Virus record (IMG/VR): IMGVR_UViG_3300027326_000002 | Span: 1 to 59,786 of that record | Strand: one strand, 5' to 3' | Length of the DNA: 59,786 nt | Origin: a virus | Lineage: Duplodnaviria; Caudoviricetes | Shown here: piece by piece, positions 25,168 through 38,685 of the stretch | How positions within the stretch are numbered: position 1 is the stretch's first letter | How the letters are laid out: each line of letters opens with the position of its first letter | Program-made: the position numbers and the translations under genes | Notes under the pieces: generated by a model | The model's database searches: none | Told to the model about the DNA's origin: nothing | What the model saw: only the letters and a program-made list of their open reading frames with translations

Positions 25168-25629
25168 TCAAGGCGCCAGCGTGCCGCCGGCGCGGGTGAA
25201 GGCGTCCAGCAGGTCCTGCATCCGTTGCTGGTGCTGGCCGTAGCTGTTGCCCGGGAACGAAGCCCAGCGCGAGCTGCACTTCATGATGGCGGCCGCGATG
25301 TGCCCGGTCTCGACGTCGTCGAGTGCGCGGCATTCCTTGATCAGCTGGTTGCACCAGCGGTCCTGGGAATCGTGACCGAAATCCGGCAGACCCAGCTGCA
25401 GCTTGTAGGCCGGCCAGTAGCGGCCCATGAACTGGTAACGCCCGGCAGCGTCGCTGTCCTCTTCGGCATTGTGGATCCGCGGATGGTGGCTGTAGTCGTT
25501 GAACAGCAGCGGATGTGCAGCGGTCGAACCTACCAGCACGTTGTAGCCGTCGTCCGAGACCGCCAGCAGCGCTGGCCCGATTTCGCTCCACGCGATGGTG
25601 TCTCGGAAGGCGGTCAGCTGCTGCGACAT
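25168..25629 (-). CDS. endolysin, lambda R-like transglycosylase
   Basis: AFRDTIAWSE, GYNVLVG, SDAAGRYQF, SQD, WASFPG..YGQ. Confidence 0.93.
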   Translation of the reverse strand: MSQQLTAFRDTIAWSEIGPALLAVSDDGYNVLVGSTAAHPLLFNDYSHHPRIHNAEEDSDAAGRYQFMGRYWPAYKLQLGLPDFGHDSQDRWCNQLIKECRALDDVETGHIAAAIMKCSSRWASFPGNSYGQHQQRMQDLLDAFTRAGGTLAP

Positions 25630-25630
25630 G

Positions 25631-25924
25631 TCAGGTCCTTCGGTTCGCGCGCCCTGCGAGTCGCTCCGCGCGCTGAATGTGCCCCTCGCTCCACCGAATC
25701 CACCAGTCGTGCCCCGCGTAGCGCCAGGCCATGCTGGTGCACACGAGAGCCAGGCCGTAGGTGCGCAAGTGCAGGTGCACGTAGGCGTTCGGATCGAGCT
25801 CGGCCAGGCAGCCGCATGCGATGAACGTCAATCCTGTGGTGCCGAGAACGCCGGTCGGGACGCGCGGCGAGATGATGGCCCACAGACTCACGCACGCGAT
25901 GTAGAGTAGCAGAAGGTTGGACAT
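25631..25924 (-). CDS. 3-TM holin/antiholin-like protein
   Basis: Three hydrophobic segments, adjacent to the lysin. Confidence 0.65.
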   Translation of the reverse strand: MSNLLLLYIACVSLWAIISPRVPTGVLGTTGLTFIACGCLAELDPNAYVHLHLRTYGLALVCTSMAWRYAGHDWWIRWSEGHIQRAERLAGRANRRT

Positions 25925-26239
25925 TCAGGCACCTTTGTTACGAGACAGCCAACCCGTAAGGATGGCTGCAAATTTCGTCTCCCGGATGCCGTCGATGACG
26001 GCTGCAAACGCGACCAGGCCACCTGCACCAACCGCGAAAATCAGGCCCGCAGCCAGCCGCAACGAGGTGATGTGCTGGTACTCCACGAGCGCTGGCCCGA
26101 CGAAGACAGCCAGCAAAAAGCCAAAGAGCAAGTTCGTGACCCGCTGAACGGTCGTTCCACCCGGGATTGCTCGTAGGCCGAGGATAGCCCCGGCCAGCGC
26201 CGCCACGTAGGGATTGCTGGTAACAGTGTCGAAGTTCAT
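25925..26239 (-). CDS. holin-like membrane protein
   Basis: Three TM segments and a basic C-terminus. Confidence 0.7.
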   Translation of the reverse strand: MNFDTVTSNPYVAALAGAILGLRAIPGGTTVQRVTNLLFGFLLAVFVGPALVEYQHITSLRLAAGLIFAVGAGGLVAFAAVIDGIRETKFAAILTGWLSRNKGA

Positions 26240-29174
26240 TCTTTGACCTTTTTCCTCGCGTTGAGCTTGGCCAGCAGCGCCTGGACGGCACCCTCGCGGG
26301 TGTCGGCCAGGTAGCTTGTGCCAGGCGTCTTCGCCCCAACGTCTTCGTCCAAATGCCACCCCGGCACGCCCATCGAGGCCGTGCTGTCGAGGCGGGACAA
26401 GTGGTAGACGCTCCCATCCGACAGCGTCACCCGGGTGTGGGCATACTCGGGCCCATCTTCTGCTTTGCGAAACGGGTTGTTCTTACGGTTCTCCGTCTTG
26501 GCCACCGTCAGCGGCGGCTTTTCGACGAACGTGCCGTCATCGGCGCGCGGGTGCGCGGCCTCGAATTCGGCCTTGCGCGTGGCCTCGTCTACAGCTTGGG
26601 TGGCTTGTCCGCCGGCAGCAGGCGCGTGACCGTTGGTTCCGGGCGCTGCAGTGCCGTCGGCCCCGGCTGGCTCCCCAGCGGCGCCAGCTGCCCCGCCGGA
26701 CTCAGCGGGCTTGGCCGCAGCGCCTTGGCTGCCTTGAGCAGCAGGCTTGATTTCATCCGCATTTTGCTTCCCCTTGGCGAGCACGCGATCGACGACCTTG
26801 TCGAAAGCCCGCGGGTTGTGATTGTGCTGCACCGCAGCAGCCTCGATCGTTTCCGGGTCGATGTCGTGCGCCTGGCGCGTCAGGATCGCGCGGTGCGCCT
26901 CGGCGTCGTTGCCCACGCCGTGCGCCTTGCGCCATTCCACCGCGTCCTCGTACTGGATCGACGGCAGGGCCTCAGCCTTCGCCTTTTCGGCTGCAGCCGC
27001 CTTGGCCTTCTCGGCGGCCGCGGTCTTGGCTTCCTCGGCCGCCTTGGCTGCAGCCGCTGCGTCCTCGGCTGCCTTGGCCTGCGCGGCGCGCGCGGCGACG
27101 GCGCCAGGTTCGTTCATCGCGGCGTTGCCGGCCACCGTGGCTGCGGTCTCGCCCGGCCGGCCCGAGACCATCACCGGCGCCATGTCGGGCTCGACGATGT
27201 CGTGCGGGAAACTCGGCTCGGGGACCTCGCGCGCGGCCGCGCCGGCGCGCACCGGGAAACTCTCCTGCGGCACGGCGCGCAGGTCAGACACGGGCGTGGC
27301 AGCCGCGGCCGGCGGCACGGGCGCCTGGAACTCCGGTGCCGACAGGTCGTAGTCGGCGAAGGTCGTGGCGCGCGGCGGCGCGCCGGTGCCACCGGCCGCG
27401 CGCTGCGACGTCTGCAGATCCTCGCGCGCCTGCGGCAGGTTGCCGGGCAAGGCCTGTCCTTCTGGGGTCACGGGAATCGCGTCAGCACTCAGGCGCGGGT
27501 CGTAGGTGATCATCAGCGGCTTGGCCGGCGCCGCAGGCGCCGCAAGCGCGGCGGCCGGGGGCGCAGTGCGCTTGGGCACGAGCCGCGCCGTCGTCTCGCC
27601 GGCCACGCGGTTGTAGACCTGGCCGGCGACGGCCTTGGGCACCGCGGTGAGCATCTTTTCCATGCCAGTGACCGCGACGCCCTCGGGCTTGGCCGTGTTG
27701 TCCAGCAGCTTGCCGACCTTGGCCAGGTCGCCGATCGGACCGCCGGCGTTGGCCGCCATGTAGCCCTTGCCGCTGCGCGTGGCCGTCACGCGCGACATCA
27801 GCGAGCCCGGTTGCACGAGCCCGTCGATGGTCTTGGAGACATCCGGCGCCACGATCTTGGCGTAGGCGTACTGCCGGCGCGCGTCGGCGAGCGCCTGCAC
27901 CTGCGTCGGATCCTTGGCCGCGACCTGCTTTTCAAGGATGTCGCGACCGGCTTCCTGCAGGTCGGACAGCGCGCCAGCGAGCTCTGAGTCGGTCGTGCGG
28001 CGAATGCGGGTGCCCAGGTTGGAGTCCCAATTCTGGAATGCGTCGCCCGGGATCGTGCCGTCAGGGCCTGCCTTTTCCAGCAGATCCTCGATCAGGTTGG
28101 GCACGATGCGCGGCACGTCACCGGCGCCCGTGCGCGCGGCGTCGCGCGCATGCGATTCGAGAGCGCTGGCCAGATCCGTCGCGGGCAGGTCAGTCGAGCG
28201 CGCGATGTCGCCGATCACGCCTCCGGACTTGTCCATCGCGTCGTGCAACACCTCGGGCGTCAAGCGCGCGGCCGTGCTGTCCGGATCGATCAGGTTGATC
28301 ACGTTCTTGGTGAACGCCTGCTTGTTCGCGGCCTCGAGCGTGTGACCACCGCCGGCCGTGGCTTCGCTCAGGGCCTGGCCGGCGGACTTGGCCGTGCCGG
28401 GCTGGTAGAGGCGATCCGGCGGGATCGTCATCTCGTGCGGGAACTGGTCGGCCAGCTGCGCGACCTTGACCAGCTCCGGATCGGGCTTGCCCATCACGCG
28501 GGCGACGCCGCCACCCACGTTCTGCTTGACGGACTGCACCATGTCGGCAGGCACCGCCTTCAGGTTCGCCCCTGCCTTGCTGACGGCCGATTCCACGGCC
28601 TGGCCAGCGCGCGATGCGCGCGCCATCGTGACTGCCGGGCCGATGCTCTGCAAGCCTGCGTTCATCTCCGGCGTCGGGCCGGTCGGGTAGGCCTGGGCCA
28701 GCGTCTGCAGACCGCTCTCGATCGCGCCGGCGTAGCGCTGGCCCATCTCGTTGTTCAACTGCATCGACGGCCCGGAATGCAGCGCGTTCACGGCGGTCTG
28801 CGCGCCCTCGCGGCCGGCTTCGTCGAGCGCGGTGATAGGCTGCGGAGCTTCGCCGGACGCCCAGGTGCGCGGCCGGTTGTCGCCCGTGACCGCCAACACG
28901 CGCGGGTCGTCCGGCTGCACGCCGCCGGTCAGCTGCGTGTGCAGCGCGCCGGCCAGGCCGCCGAGCGTGCCGCCGACCGTGCCAGCGTAGCCGCCGAGGC
29001 TGTCGATGGTGTCGGCGGCCACGCGCAGGCCCGCCTGCACGCCGCCGATGATCTTGTCCAGGACGCCACCGCCGGCCGGCGACGCGGCCGCGGGCGGCGA
29101 GACGACCGGCGCCGATGCCCAGGCAGGCGCCGGCGCGGCAGCGGGCGGCGAGACCAGGGGCGCGTCTTGCCAGC

Positions 29175-29178
<4 letters not shown>
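26236..29178 (-). CDS. internal virion / DNA ejection protein (980 aa)
   Basis: Ala-rich helical protein with an MSWQDAPLV N-terminus, last in the structural operon. Confidence 0.7.
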
Positions 29179-31715
<2,537 letters not shown>

Positions 31716-31724
31716 GTCGTTCTC

Positions 31725-32009
31725 CTAGAACAGCCGGCCGGCGAGCGCGCCGACCAAGCCACCGATCAGCGTGCCCCACGGGCCCGCTGCACTGCCCCAC
31801 TCCGCGCCGGCGATTGCACCGCCGGCCAGACCGCCCACGGTACCACCGAGCTGGGCGTTGCCGGCCTTGCGCTGCGCATTGATCTCCGTGTTTTGCGCGT
31901 TGCGGCGCGCCTCTTCGTTGGCCGCTTCGCTGTACAGATCCATCGCCTGTTTTTGCTCGCCGATCCCGTAGGTCGCGAGCGAGGCGCCGACGCCATAGCC
32001 TTGTGCCAT
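31725..32009 (-). CDS. small glycine-zipper ejection-like protein
   Basis: GGTVGGLAGGAIAGA...GGLVGALAG. Confidence 0.75.
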   Translation of the reverse strand: MAQGYGVGASLATYGIGEQKQAMDLYSEAANEEARRNAQNTEINAQRKAGNAQLGGTVGGLAGGAIAGAEWGSAAGPWGTLIGGLVGALAGRLF

Positions 32010-32010
32010 G

Positions 32011-32577
32011 TCAGACTCCTAGGCCGCTGGCCTGTTGGGCAATCGACGCTGTCGTCGGTGCCGGATTGCCGAGGATCGATTGCTGATTCGAGATCGTCAG
32101 ATCGCGCGCCGTGTTTTGCGCCTGCACGTTGGACAGCGCGTGCGACAGGCCGGTGAGCCGCGTCGTGGCCGCCTGCTCAGACGGATCGAGCGCGATGCCC
32201 ATACCCTGCAACTTGCGTGCTTGCTGGCCGGCCTGCGAGGCATATGCCTGGTCCACATCAGCGCCGGCCTGCGCCATGGCCTGGCCCGGCAGCGACTTGT
32301 CGGTCGCATACTGGATCAGCTGGTTTTCGATCGGCACGAACGTGCTCACGTAGTTCTGCCACTGCTGGCGCGTGAGGTTGGCATAGATGTCGCTGGCCGT
32401 CGTGGCTGGCGGCGGGGCCGGCGGCCCGCTGACGCCTTCGCCCAGCGCGTGCGTGTCCGCCTTCCACGCTTCGGTGACGCCCGAGACAGGATTCTTGAAC
32501 GACCCGTCGTTGACCGCCTTGAAGCTGCCCTTGAGGGAGTCGCCCAGCGACAAGCCGAGATTGCCGAACAAGCTCAT
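32011..32577 (-). CDS. putative internal virion protein
   Basis: Q/A-rich; position in the operon. Confidence 0.65.
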   Translation of the reverse strand: MSLFGNLGLSLGDSLKGSFKAVNDGSFKNPVSGVTEAWKADTHALGEGVSGPPAPPPATTASDIYANLTRQQWQNYVSTFVPIENQLIQYATDKSLPGQAMAQAGADVDQAYASQAGQQARKLQGMGIALDPSEQAATTRLTGLSHALSNVQAQNTARDLTISNQQSILGNPAPTTASIAQQASGLGV

Positions 32578-32580
32578 GGT

Positions 32581-33246
32581 TTACCCCGGGCTCGGCACGT
32601 AGGCCGACGGATTGTTGCGCGTGCCGTTGAAGCCGTTCGGGTCGCTGCCCATGCCCACCGACGGCGCGGCCGGCGTCTGCCAGGCCTTCAAGCCTTGCTG
32701 GCCGGCGTAGCCCAGGGCTGTGCCGACAGCGCCCATCGTGCCTTCCTCGCCCATGAGAGAGGCTCGCGCATCGGCCTGCGCCTGCACGGCGCTGTCCTGA
32801 GCCTGCCTTTCCATGCCGTTCGTGACCTGCGCGCTTTGGCCCTGGCCGATTGCGGTCAGCGCGCCCAGGCCTTCGGTGTAGGCCTGCGTGATGCGCTGGT
32901 CGCTGATCATTTGTCCCAGGCCTGAAGACTTGGCCTGGTCGGCGCCCATGCCGGCTACGCCCAGGTCAAAACGGCCCGAGCCCGGCATGACGCCCTTGCT
33001 GGAGAGTGATTTTTCCATGGCGCCTTGGGCCTGCGAGAACTGGATAGCGGTGTCGGTGGACGACTTGCCTTTGGCCTCGGCACGCTGCCACGAGTTGGGC
33101 GCGCCTTCGGCCTCGATTTGCGAGGCGAGATTCTTTTGCACAGGCAACCAGCGCTGCTGGTAGTCCGCCATGAGGTCCTGGGCGTGCTGCGCCAGCGCGA
33201 TCTGCGCTGACGTTTCCTTGATCTGCCCGCTGCCTTTACCGCTCAT
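32581..33246 (-). CDS. putative internal virion protein
   Basis: MSGKGSG N-terminus, Q/A/G-rich. Confidence 0.7.
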   Translation of the reverse strand: MSGKGSGQIKETSAQIALAQHAQDLMADYQQRWLPVQKNLASQIEAEGAPNSWQRAEAKGKSSTDTAIQFSQAQGAMEKSLSSKGVMPGSGRFDLGVAGMGADQAKSSGLGQMISDQRITQAYTEGLGALTAIGQGQSAQVTNGMERQAQDSAVQAQADARASLMGEEGTMGAVGTALGYAGQQGLKAWQTPAAPSVGMGSDPNGFNGTRNNPSAYVPSPG

Positions 33247-33634
33247 CGACGCACCTCACGAATTCCATGGTGCCGCGGCGTTTCCACTGCGGCCCTAGTC
33301 TCCGCGCCCAACCAGATCGGCGGGCTTCGAAGGCGATTGTCTGGGCTCCGAGATCGCGTGCGATTTTTCGCAGTGCGGCTTCTTGTCGCTGGAAAGCGCC
33401 ATGGCGCAGTGCCACGGCCAACAAGACGAACAGCTCGAGCTGCTCTCCGAACGGCTGCAAGGTGACGACGACGGTTCCGTCATCGCACGACAGGCACATG
33501 GCCGTTCGTGCCTCGCATTGTGCCTTCAAATCGTCGATCTCGAAAGTCCGGGCGATCGGGTGGCGCAGACCGCGGAAAATTGCGTCTAGGATCTCGAAGT
33601 CTTCCTCGATCAGGAAATCGGTGCCGCTGATCAC
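33236..33634 (-). CDS. GNAT-like virion assembly protein
   Basis: IARDLGAQTIAF..RR.GWAR.L, in the conserved slot before the ejection genes. Confidence 0.6.
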   Translation of the reverse strand: MISGTDFLIEEDFEILDAIFRGLRHPIARTFEIDDLKAQCEARTAMCLSCDDGTVVVTLQPFGEQLELFVLLAVALRHGAFQRQEAALRKIARDLGAQTIAFEARRSGWARRLGPQWKRRGTMEFVRCVDER

Positions 33635-34047
33635 GAGTGGAACGTCGGGTCGCCCGCAACGCCATCGGGATTCACGATCGAGCCGGCGTAGCCGCTGGCG
33701 GCCGTCAGCGTGCGCGTGGTCAGCGTGTCGCCTGTGCGCACGACCAGGCCGTCGGTGGCGTCGTCGAAGGCCAGCGACAGCTGGTAGCCGGCCAGCGTGG
33801 ACGCCTTTTTCGTCAGGCTCAGGCCAGTGGCCGGCTTGACGATGACCAGCTCGCCGGCCACCTTGCCGACCAGGCCATCGGCCTGGGCCAGCAAGCCGGC
33901 GAGCGCGGCCTGAACGGTCGTGGTCGACGTGAGTTCCAGCGCAGCCTCGACGGCCTCGAGGCGGCCCCGGATGGCGCCCAGCACGGCGTTGAGCTCGCGC
34001 AGCGAGTAGCCGGCACGCAACTGGTTGATGACGGGCTTGGTGGCCAT
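33631..34047 (-). CDS. tail-associated hypothetical protein
   Basis: MATKPVINQL...NPDGVAGDPT. Confidence 0.65.
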   Translation of the reverse strand: MATKPVINQLRAGYSLRELNAVLGAIRGRLEAVEAALELTSTTTVQAALAGLLAQADGLVGKVAGELVIVKPATGLSLTKKASTLAGYQLSLAFDDATDGLVVRTGDTLTTRTLTAASGYAGSIVNPDGVAGDPTFHS

Positions 34048-35813
34048 CAGGTCAGCTCCCGCATGTCCTCGGCGATCTGCACGTTGCGCACGGTAGACGT
34101 GCCGACGAACTCGATCTCGATGGTGGCCTGCATGTCCATCGTCGGCATCGTGAATTCGGTGTTGGCCGTCAGCACCTGCTCGAACAGCATCGTGCCGTTG
34201 CCGTAGACGCGCCAGATCACATTGGTGAAATCGACGCAGCGCACCTGGGCTGCGAAGAACGCCGCCTCGTAGTCCAGGATGTTGAGCTTGCCGCGGTAGC
34301 GAAACACCATCGCGCCGGCGCCGGCAGGCGAGTCGAACGCGTAGATCGTCTGGCCGTTGGCGGCCACGGCGGTGCTGGCCAGCGGCAGCAGGCCGTCGGT
34401 GGGCTCGTCGTTCTCGTCCAGCACCAGGCACATCTCGTCGGTGGCTGGGTTGGCGAAAACCGCGCTGGCGTGAAACGCCATCGGCGTGACGCCGGCGCCG
34501 CCCTGGCGCATGTCGAACGCATAGCAGCCCTTGGCCGTGCCGGTATCGTAGAACAGGAAGTAGACGCCGTCGTGCGCGATGCCCGTCATCGACTCGGGCT
34601 TGAGGGCTTGCCATTGCGCGCGCGTGAACAGCTGCTGCGTCAGGTTCACCGACTGGCCTACCCCGGCCACGGCGCGCAGGCCGTCTGGCGTGGCACCAAC
34701 GACGCCGATGCCGTCCACGTAGCCCACTGAGCGTTTGGACACGCCGGCGTAGGGCACCTCGAACTTGGCCATGCTGTACTGGCTCGGGTCGGTGCCCGTA
34801 GCAACGTACAAGAAACTCTTGGTGAAGATGACGACCGTCGTGTCGATGTTGCCGATGCCCACGACGTCGGTGTCGGTCGTGTAACGGTTGCCCACGGGCC
34901 ACGCGTGCGGGTAGTTCTGCGCCGACAGGCACAGCTGGTTGCCACTGAAGCCAGCCATCACGCCGTTGGGCAGCGCCAGGATGCCGCGCAGGTCGGCAGG
35001 CGGCAGATCCCACGTGTCGGTGGGCAGCACCTCGCCGAGCGCGTCGTCGGTGATGTTGTCGACGGCCAGCGTCAACGAGCTGCCAGAGTTGAATGGCATC
35101 TCGAGCACGAAGCGAAACGCCGTACCTGTGGCGCCCGTGGCGGCGCGGTAGAGCCGAAAGCTCACGATGCCGTAGGCATCGAGCGCCGCGGGCACGGCGT
35201 AGATTTCGAGCTCGTTGTAGCTGCCGCCGATCGTGGGCGCGTAGATCGGATAGGTGCGACCGGTGATGCCCGTGTGGTAGTAGGCCTCGGGCAGCGACGG
35301 CGCCGATTCCTGGCCTAGGTCGTTCACATAGGTGTAGAGGTATTCCGTGATCGTGCTAGGCGAGTCGCCCGATGCCGGAACATAAACCAGGTTCTGGAAC
35401 GTGATGAACGAGTCGTCACCGCGCGCATGCTGCGCAGGCGCAGGCACGCCCAGGGGACGCGTGAGCACCGGATACGGCTCCGAGCCCGACGTGGCCATGT
35501 CGTAGTTGGTGAATCGCGGCGTGGCGTAGACATCCGGCCCGGTCAGGTACAGCCGCAGCGTCGTGTCGCCCGGGATCGGGCCGCGCGCGGCGTCCACATC
35601 GGCGCTCCACGACAGCCACTTGTCGCCCAGCAGGTAGATCGACTCGACCGGCGCGGGCGTGATCAGCGTGTGCAGCGCGGCGAACTGCCGCCACGCCTCG
35701 AGATCACCCGAGAGCAGTTTGGCGTTCGTGGCATCCTGCGCCTGTGACGGCGCGAGCCGGTGCGGCGCAGTGCGGGGCACGATGCCCTGGAAAGTTTCTT
35801 GAGCGATGCGCAT
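34047..35813 (-). CDS. tail nozzle / tail tubular protein (P22 gp10-like position)
   Basis: F.GIVPR..P..L...AQ.A.N, YTYV..LGQESAPS, NGVMAGF.GN.LC.S..PHAWP. Confidence 0.8.
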   Translation of the reverse strand: MRIAQETFQGIVPRTAPHRLAPSQAQDATNAKLLSGDLEAWRQFAALHTLITPAPVESIYLLGDKWLSWSADVDAARGPIPGDTTLRLYLTGPDVYATPRFTNYDMATSGSEPYPVLTRPLGVPAPAQHARGDDSFITFQNLVYVPASGDSPSTITEYLYTYVNDLGQESAPSLPEAYYHTGITGRTYPIYAPTIGGSYNELEIYAVPAALDAYGIVSFRLYRAATGATGTAFRFVLEMPFNSGSSLTLAVDNITDDALGEVLPTDTWDLPPADLRGILALPNGVMAGFSGNQLCLSAQNYPHAWPVGNRYTTDTDVVGIGNIDTTVVIFTKSFLYVATGTDPSQYSMAKFEVPYAGVSKRSVGYVDGIGVVGATPDGLRAVAGVGQSVNLTQQLFTRAQWQALKPESMTGIAHDGVYFLFYDTGTAKGCYAFDMRQGGAGVTPMAFHASAVFANPATDEMCLVLDENDEPTDGLLPLASTAVAANGQTIYAFDSPAGAGAMVFRYRGKLNILDYEAAFFAAQVRCVDFTNVIWRVYGNGTMLFEQVLTANTEFTMPTMDMQATIEIEFVGTSTVRNVQIAEDMRELT

Positions 35814-35816
35814 GGC

Positions 35817-36008
35817 TCACGGCTCGTAGCTCACCGGAGGCAGCGAGCCGCGGCCCGCGGCCTTGCGTGCGGCGGCCGCGGCAGCCGTGTAGCGCAGGCG
35901 AAAGACTTCCTTGGCGCCGTCATCGAGCGTCGCGTAGGCGGGGCTCTGCAGATAGGCCTCGTAGTCGGCCAGGCTGTGCAGGCTCGCGAAATCGTCTGGG
36001 ATGGTCAT
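35817..36008 (-). CDS. hypothetical protein
   Basis: 63-aa ORF packed between tail genes. Confidence 0.55.
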   Translation of the reverse strand: MTIPDDFASLHSLADYEAYLQSPAYATLDDGAKEVFRLRYTAAAAAARKAAGRGSLPPVSYEP

Positions 36009-36010
36009 GA

Positions 36011-38020
36011 TCAGCCGATCTGATGGAGCGCCGTGTACCGCAGCGAGAAGAACAGGACGTTGCTGCTGTTCTGGGCCCAGGTGGCGGGGACAGTGTTGGA
36101 CACCGCATTGGCGTTGTTGTTGGTGTACAGAAAGGTCAGCGAGTTCGCAGGCGAGTCACATGCGACGGTGCCGCAATACAGGCCGCCAGCGCAGTTGAAT
36201 CGTGCCACGCCCGTCTCCATCAGGCCAGCGCTGGCCACGCCCAGGGCAACCGTCCAGTTGCCGCCCGGGAACGACGTGGTCGTGCCCATCGTGATGACGC
36301 CGTTGAGGAACACGTCGCGGCCGTTGCGGCTCTCGGTGAACACCGCCGTGCCGTTGCCGATCGTGCCGCTCCACGTGCTGGCCGAAGCTTGCGCGCTGTA
36401 GTCGTTGTTGATCTTGGTGTAGCCGTCACCGGCACCGGCCTGGAAGTTGCCACGGCACTGCACCATGAAACAGTTGTCCAGGCCGGAAAAGACCGTGCCG
36501 CCGGTGTTGAACGTCACGCCGCGCGCGATGAAGTGGCGCAGCGAGCTGGGGTCGACGCTGAAGACCGCAGTCGTCAGCGGCTGCACCCAATCGCCCGCGT
36601 CGGTGATGGCCACCGTGCCCGTGATCGACGCGGCGCCCTGCCAGCGCGTGGCCTTGAACGTGACACCGACGCTGCTGCAGTTTTCCCACTCGCCGCCGCG
36701 CAACGCCAGGCCGTTGACGCCGGCCGCGCGGATCCAGGTCGTGCCCGCGTTGAAGTTGCAGGTATCGAAGGTGTGATCGTTGCCGCCATCGTCGATGACC
36801 GGGATACCCGACACGTTGAATTGGCAGGAACCGAACTTGATCCGGTTCGTGAAATAGGTGCTCGCACCCGGCGCAAGATCGGTGCCGTTGACCAGCCACG
36901 CACCGTTGCCGGGGCCCGCGAAATAGACTTTGCTGGGGTCGCACAGCTCAGTCTGGTCGAGGATCAGACCGAACGAGTTGACGTTGCCGCCTGCGGTGTT
37001 GAGCAGCAGGTCTTCGAAGACCGGCTCGGACGATCCCTGATCGTGGATCACGCCCTTTTTCGCACCGATGTTCGGCGCGTTGATCGTCATGCGGCTGAAC
37101 GCCAGGCTGACGAGCGTCGAGCTGTTGATCGGGTTGTTGATGAAAATCCCGTCGCCCGTGCCCATGCAGTTGACGACGGTGCCTTGCTTGGACCGACCGT
37201 ACCAGCGGTTCTTGTTGCCCGGCGAGAACGTGGCACTGAGCTGATAGGTGCCAGGCAAGTAGATGTCGGCGCCCCCGAGCGCAGTGCCTTGGGTGTTGGC
37301 GGCCTGGAACGCCGCCAGGCTGTCGGTCGCGCCCGTCGGATCCGCGCCGAATTGGTCCACGGTCAGGCGCGCGCGCATCTCGTCTTGCAGGGTGCGCGCC
37401 GTCGTGCTGCCGGCCTGGATAATGCCGATCAGCGATGCGCCGATGGTCTTGGTCAGGTCCGCCAGGAACCTCCCGACGGTGTTCGTCCCGTAGGCCAGAG
37501 TCTTCAGGAACCCGACCATCCCGGCGCCGTGCGCTGCGTTGTCGATCAGCGGCAGGTTCGTGCGCAGCGCATGCAGCGCTTGCAGCTCCGCGCCAACGCT
37601 CGCCGGTGCGGCAGTCGCATAGTCCAGGGCGCTGTTGAACGCCACCAGCGCGGCGCCGTGCGCAGCGCTGGTGCCGTCGTCCAGGTCGTTGACGATCAGA
37701 CCTTGCGCAGTGACCTCGACATCGAGCCCGTGAACCTCGGCACCGAGCGTGCCTGCGGCGTAGCTCAGGGCGGGGTTGTATGCCACCAGCCCGGCGCCCT
37801 TGGCCACGTCGCTCGAGTCGGCCAGGTTCGCGCGCAGCGTCTGGTCCAGGCCCTGCAGCGTCTTGCCGACCGTGCCGTTGGGATAGGTGTCGCCTGCGTT
37901 GTAGGCAACCAGGCCAGCGCCTTGTGTCGGGTCGGCCAGCTCACCGCGCAACGGCGAGTCGAAGTCCTCGCCACCATCGCCATCGACCGGCGGAACATCG
38001 GGAGTCACGGAGAACGTCAT
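36011..38020 (-). CDS. tailspike / receptor-binding protein with a pectate-lyase-like beta-helix
   Basis: Repeated N-terminal LA....GAGLVAYN units, then VDQFGADPTGATDSLAAFQAA and an Asn/Gly-rich beta-helix. Confidence 0.85.
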   Translation of the reverse strand: MTFSVTPDVPPVDGDGGEDFDSPLRGELADPTQGAGLVAYNAGDTYPNGTVGKTLQGLDQTLRANLADSSDVAKGAGLVAYNPALSYAAGTLGAEVHGLDVEVTAQGLIVNDLDDGTSAAHGAALVAFNSALDYATAAPASVGAELQALHALRTNLPLIDNAAHGAGMVGFLKTLAYGTNTVGRFLADLTKTIGASLIGIIQAGSTTARTLQDEMRARLTVDQFGADPTGATDSLAAFQAANTQGTALGGADIYLPGTYQLSATFSPGNKNRWYGRSKQGTVVNCMGTGDGIFINNPINSSTLVSLAFSRMTINAPNIGAKKGVIHDQGSSEPVFEDLLLNTAGGNVNSFGLILDQTELCDPSKVYFAGPGNGAWLVNGTDLAPGASTYFTNRIKFGSCQFNVSGIPVIDDGGNDHTFDTCNFNAGTTWIRAAGVNGLALRGGEWENCSSVGVTFKATRWQGAASITGTVAITDAGDWVQPLTTAVFSVDPSSLRHFIARGVTFNTGGTVFSGLDNCFMVQCRGNFQAGAGDGYTKINNDYSAQASASTWSGTIGNGTAVFTESRNGRDVFLNGVITMGTTTSFPGGNWTVALGVASAGLMETGVARFNCAGGLYCGTVACDSPANSLTFLYTNNNANAVSNTVPATWAQNSSNVLFFSLRYTALHQIG

Positions 38021-38685
38021 AGCACCCTCCCGGCGGGAACGAACGGATTCGGGCGCACGCGCATCGACCCGGTGTTGTAGGCGCGCTGGACTTCAGCTTT
38101 GCCGTTGGAGATCGCGGCCTTGAAGTCGCGCGCGTACTGCGCAGCCATGCTCGGATTGCTCCACGGCTGGCCCGGAATGGCCAGCAGGTAGGCGAGTGCG
38201 CCGCTTTCGATGTCGTTGCTGTACTTGACCAGTGGCGCGGCCGGCACCTGGGCATCGACGGCCATCGATTCCTTGGGGATGAGGATCATGCTCATGACGA
38301 AGGTGTAGACCTTGTCGGGCGCCGGATCGAGCGCGACCTTGCCCTCAGGCACGTACTGGTAGCGCCGCGGCAGACCCGGCGGAAGATTCCCGTTCCAGGT
38401 CGACGAGTCGGACGCGTCCAGGCCGTAGGTCTGCGAGTGCGTGCCGATGACCTGCGTCAGGCTCACGGCACGCAAGCCCACGATGTCGAGGTTGACGTCG
38501 TTGCCCATGTTGTAGACCGGCACGTTGACCACCGTCTGGCCCGGCAGCGACAGCCGCAGCCATTGCGTCTGCTGGCACCATTCGCGCAGCGCGCGGGTGT
38601 AGGCACGCCGTAGCGTCGGGCCGGGACAACGCCGCGCGACCTGCGCGATGTTGGTCAGCTGGTCGTTGACGTTGACGAAGTCCAT
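38017..38685 (-). CDS. head-tail adaptor-like protein
   Basis: ALREWCQQT..LR, GALAYLLAIPGQPWSNP. Confidence 0.75.
   Translation of the reverse strand: MDFVNVNDQLTNIAQVARRCPGPTLRRAYTRALREWCQQTQWLRLSLPGQTVVNVPVYNMGNDVNLDIVGLRAVSLTQVIGTHSQTYGLDASDSSTWNGNLPPGLPRRYQYVPEGKVALDPAPDKVYTFVMSMILIPKESMAVDAQVPAAPLVKYSNDIESGALAYLLAIPGQPWSNPSMAAQYARDFKAAISNGKAEVQRAYNTGSMRVRPNPFVPAGRVL

Noticed and set aside
36011-38020. Diversity-generating retroelement acting on the tailspike
   Set aside because: No reverse transcriptase and no template/variable repeat pair were seen.
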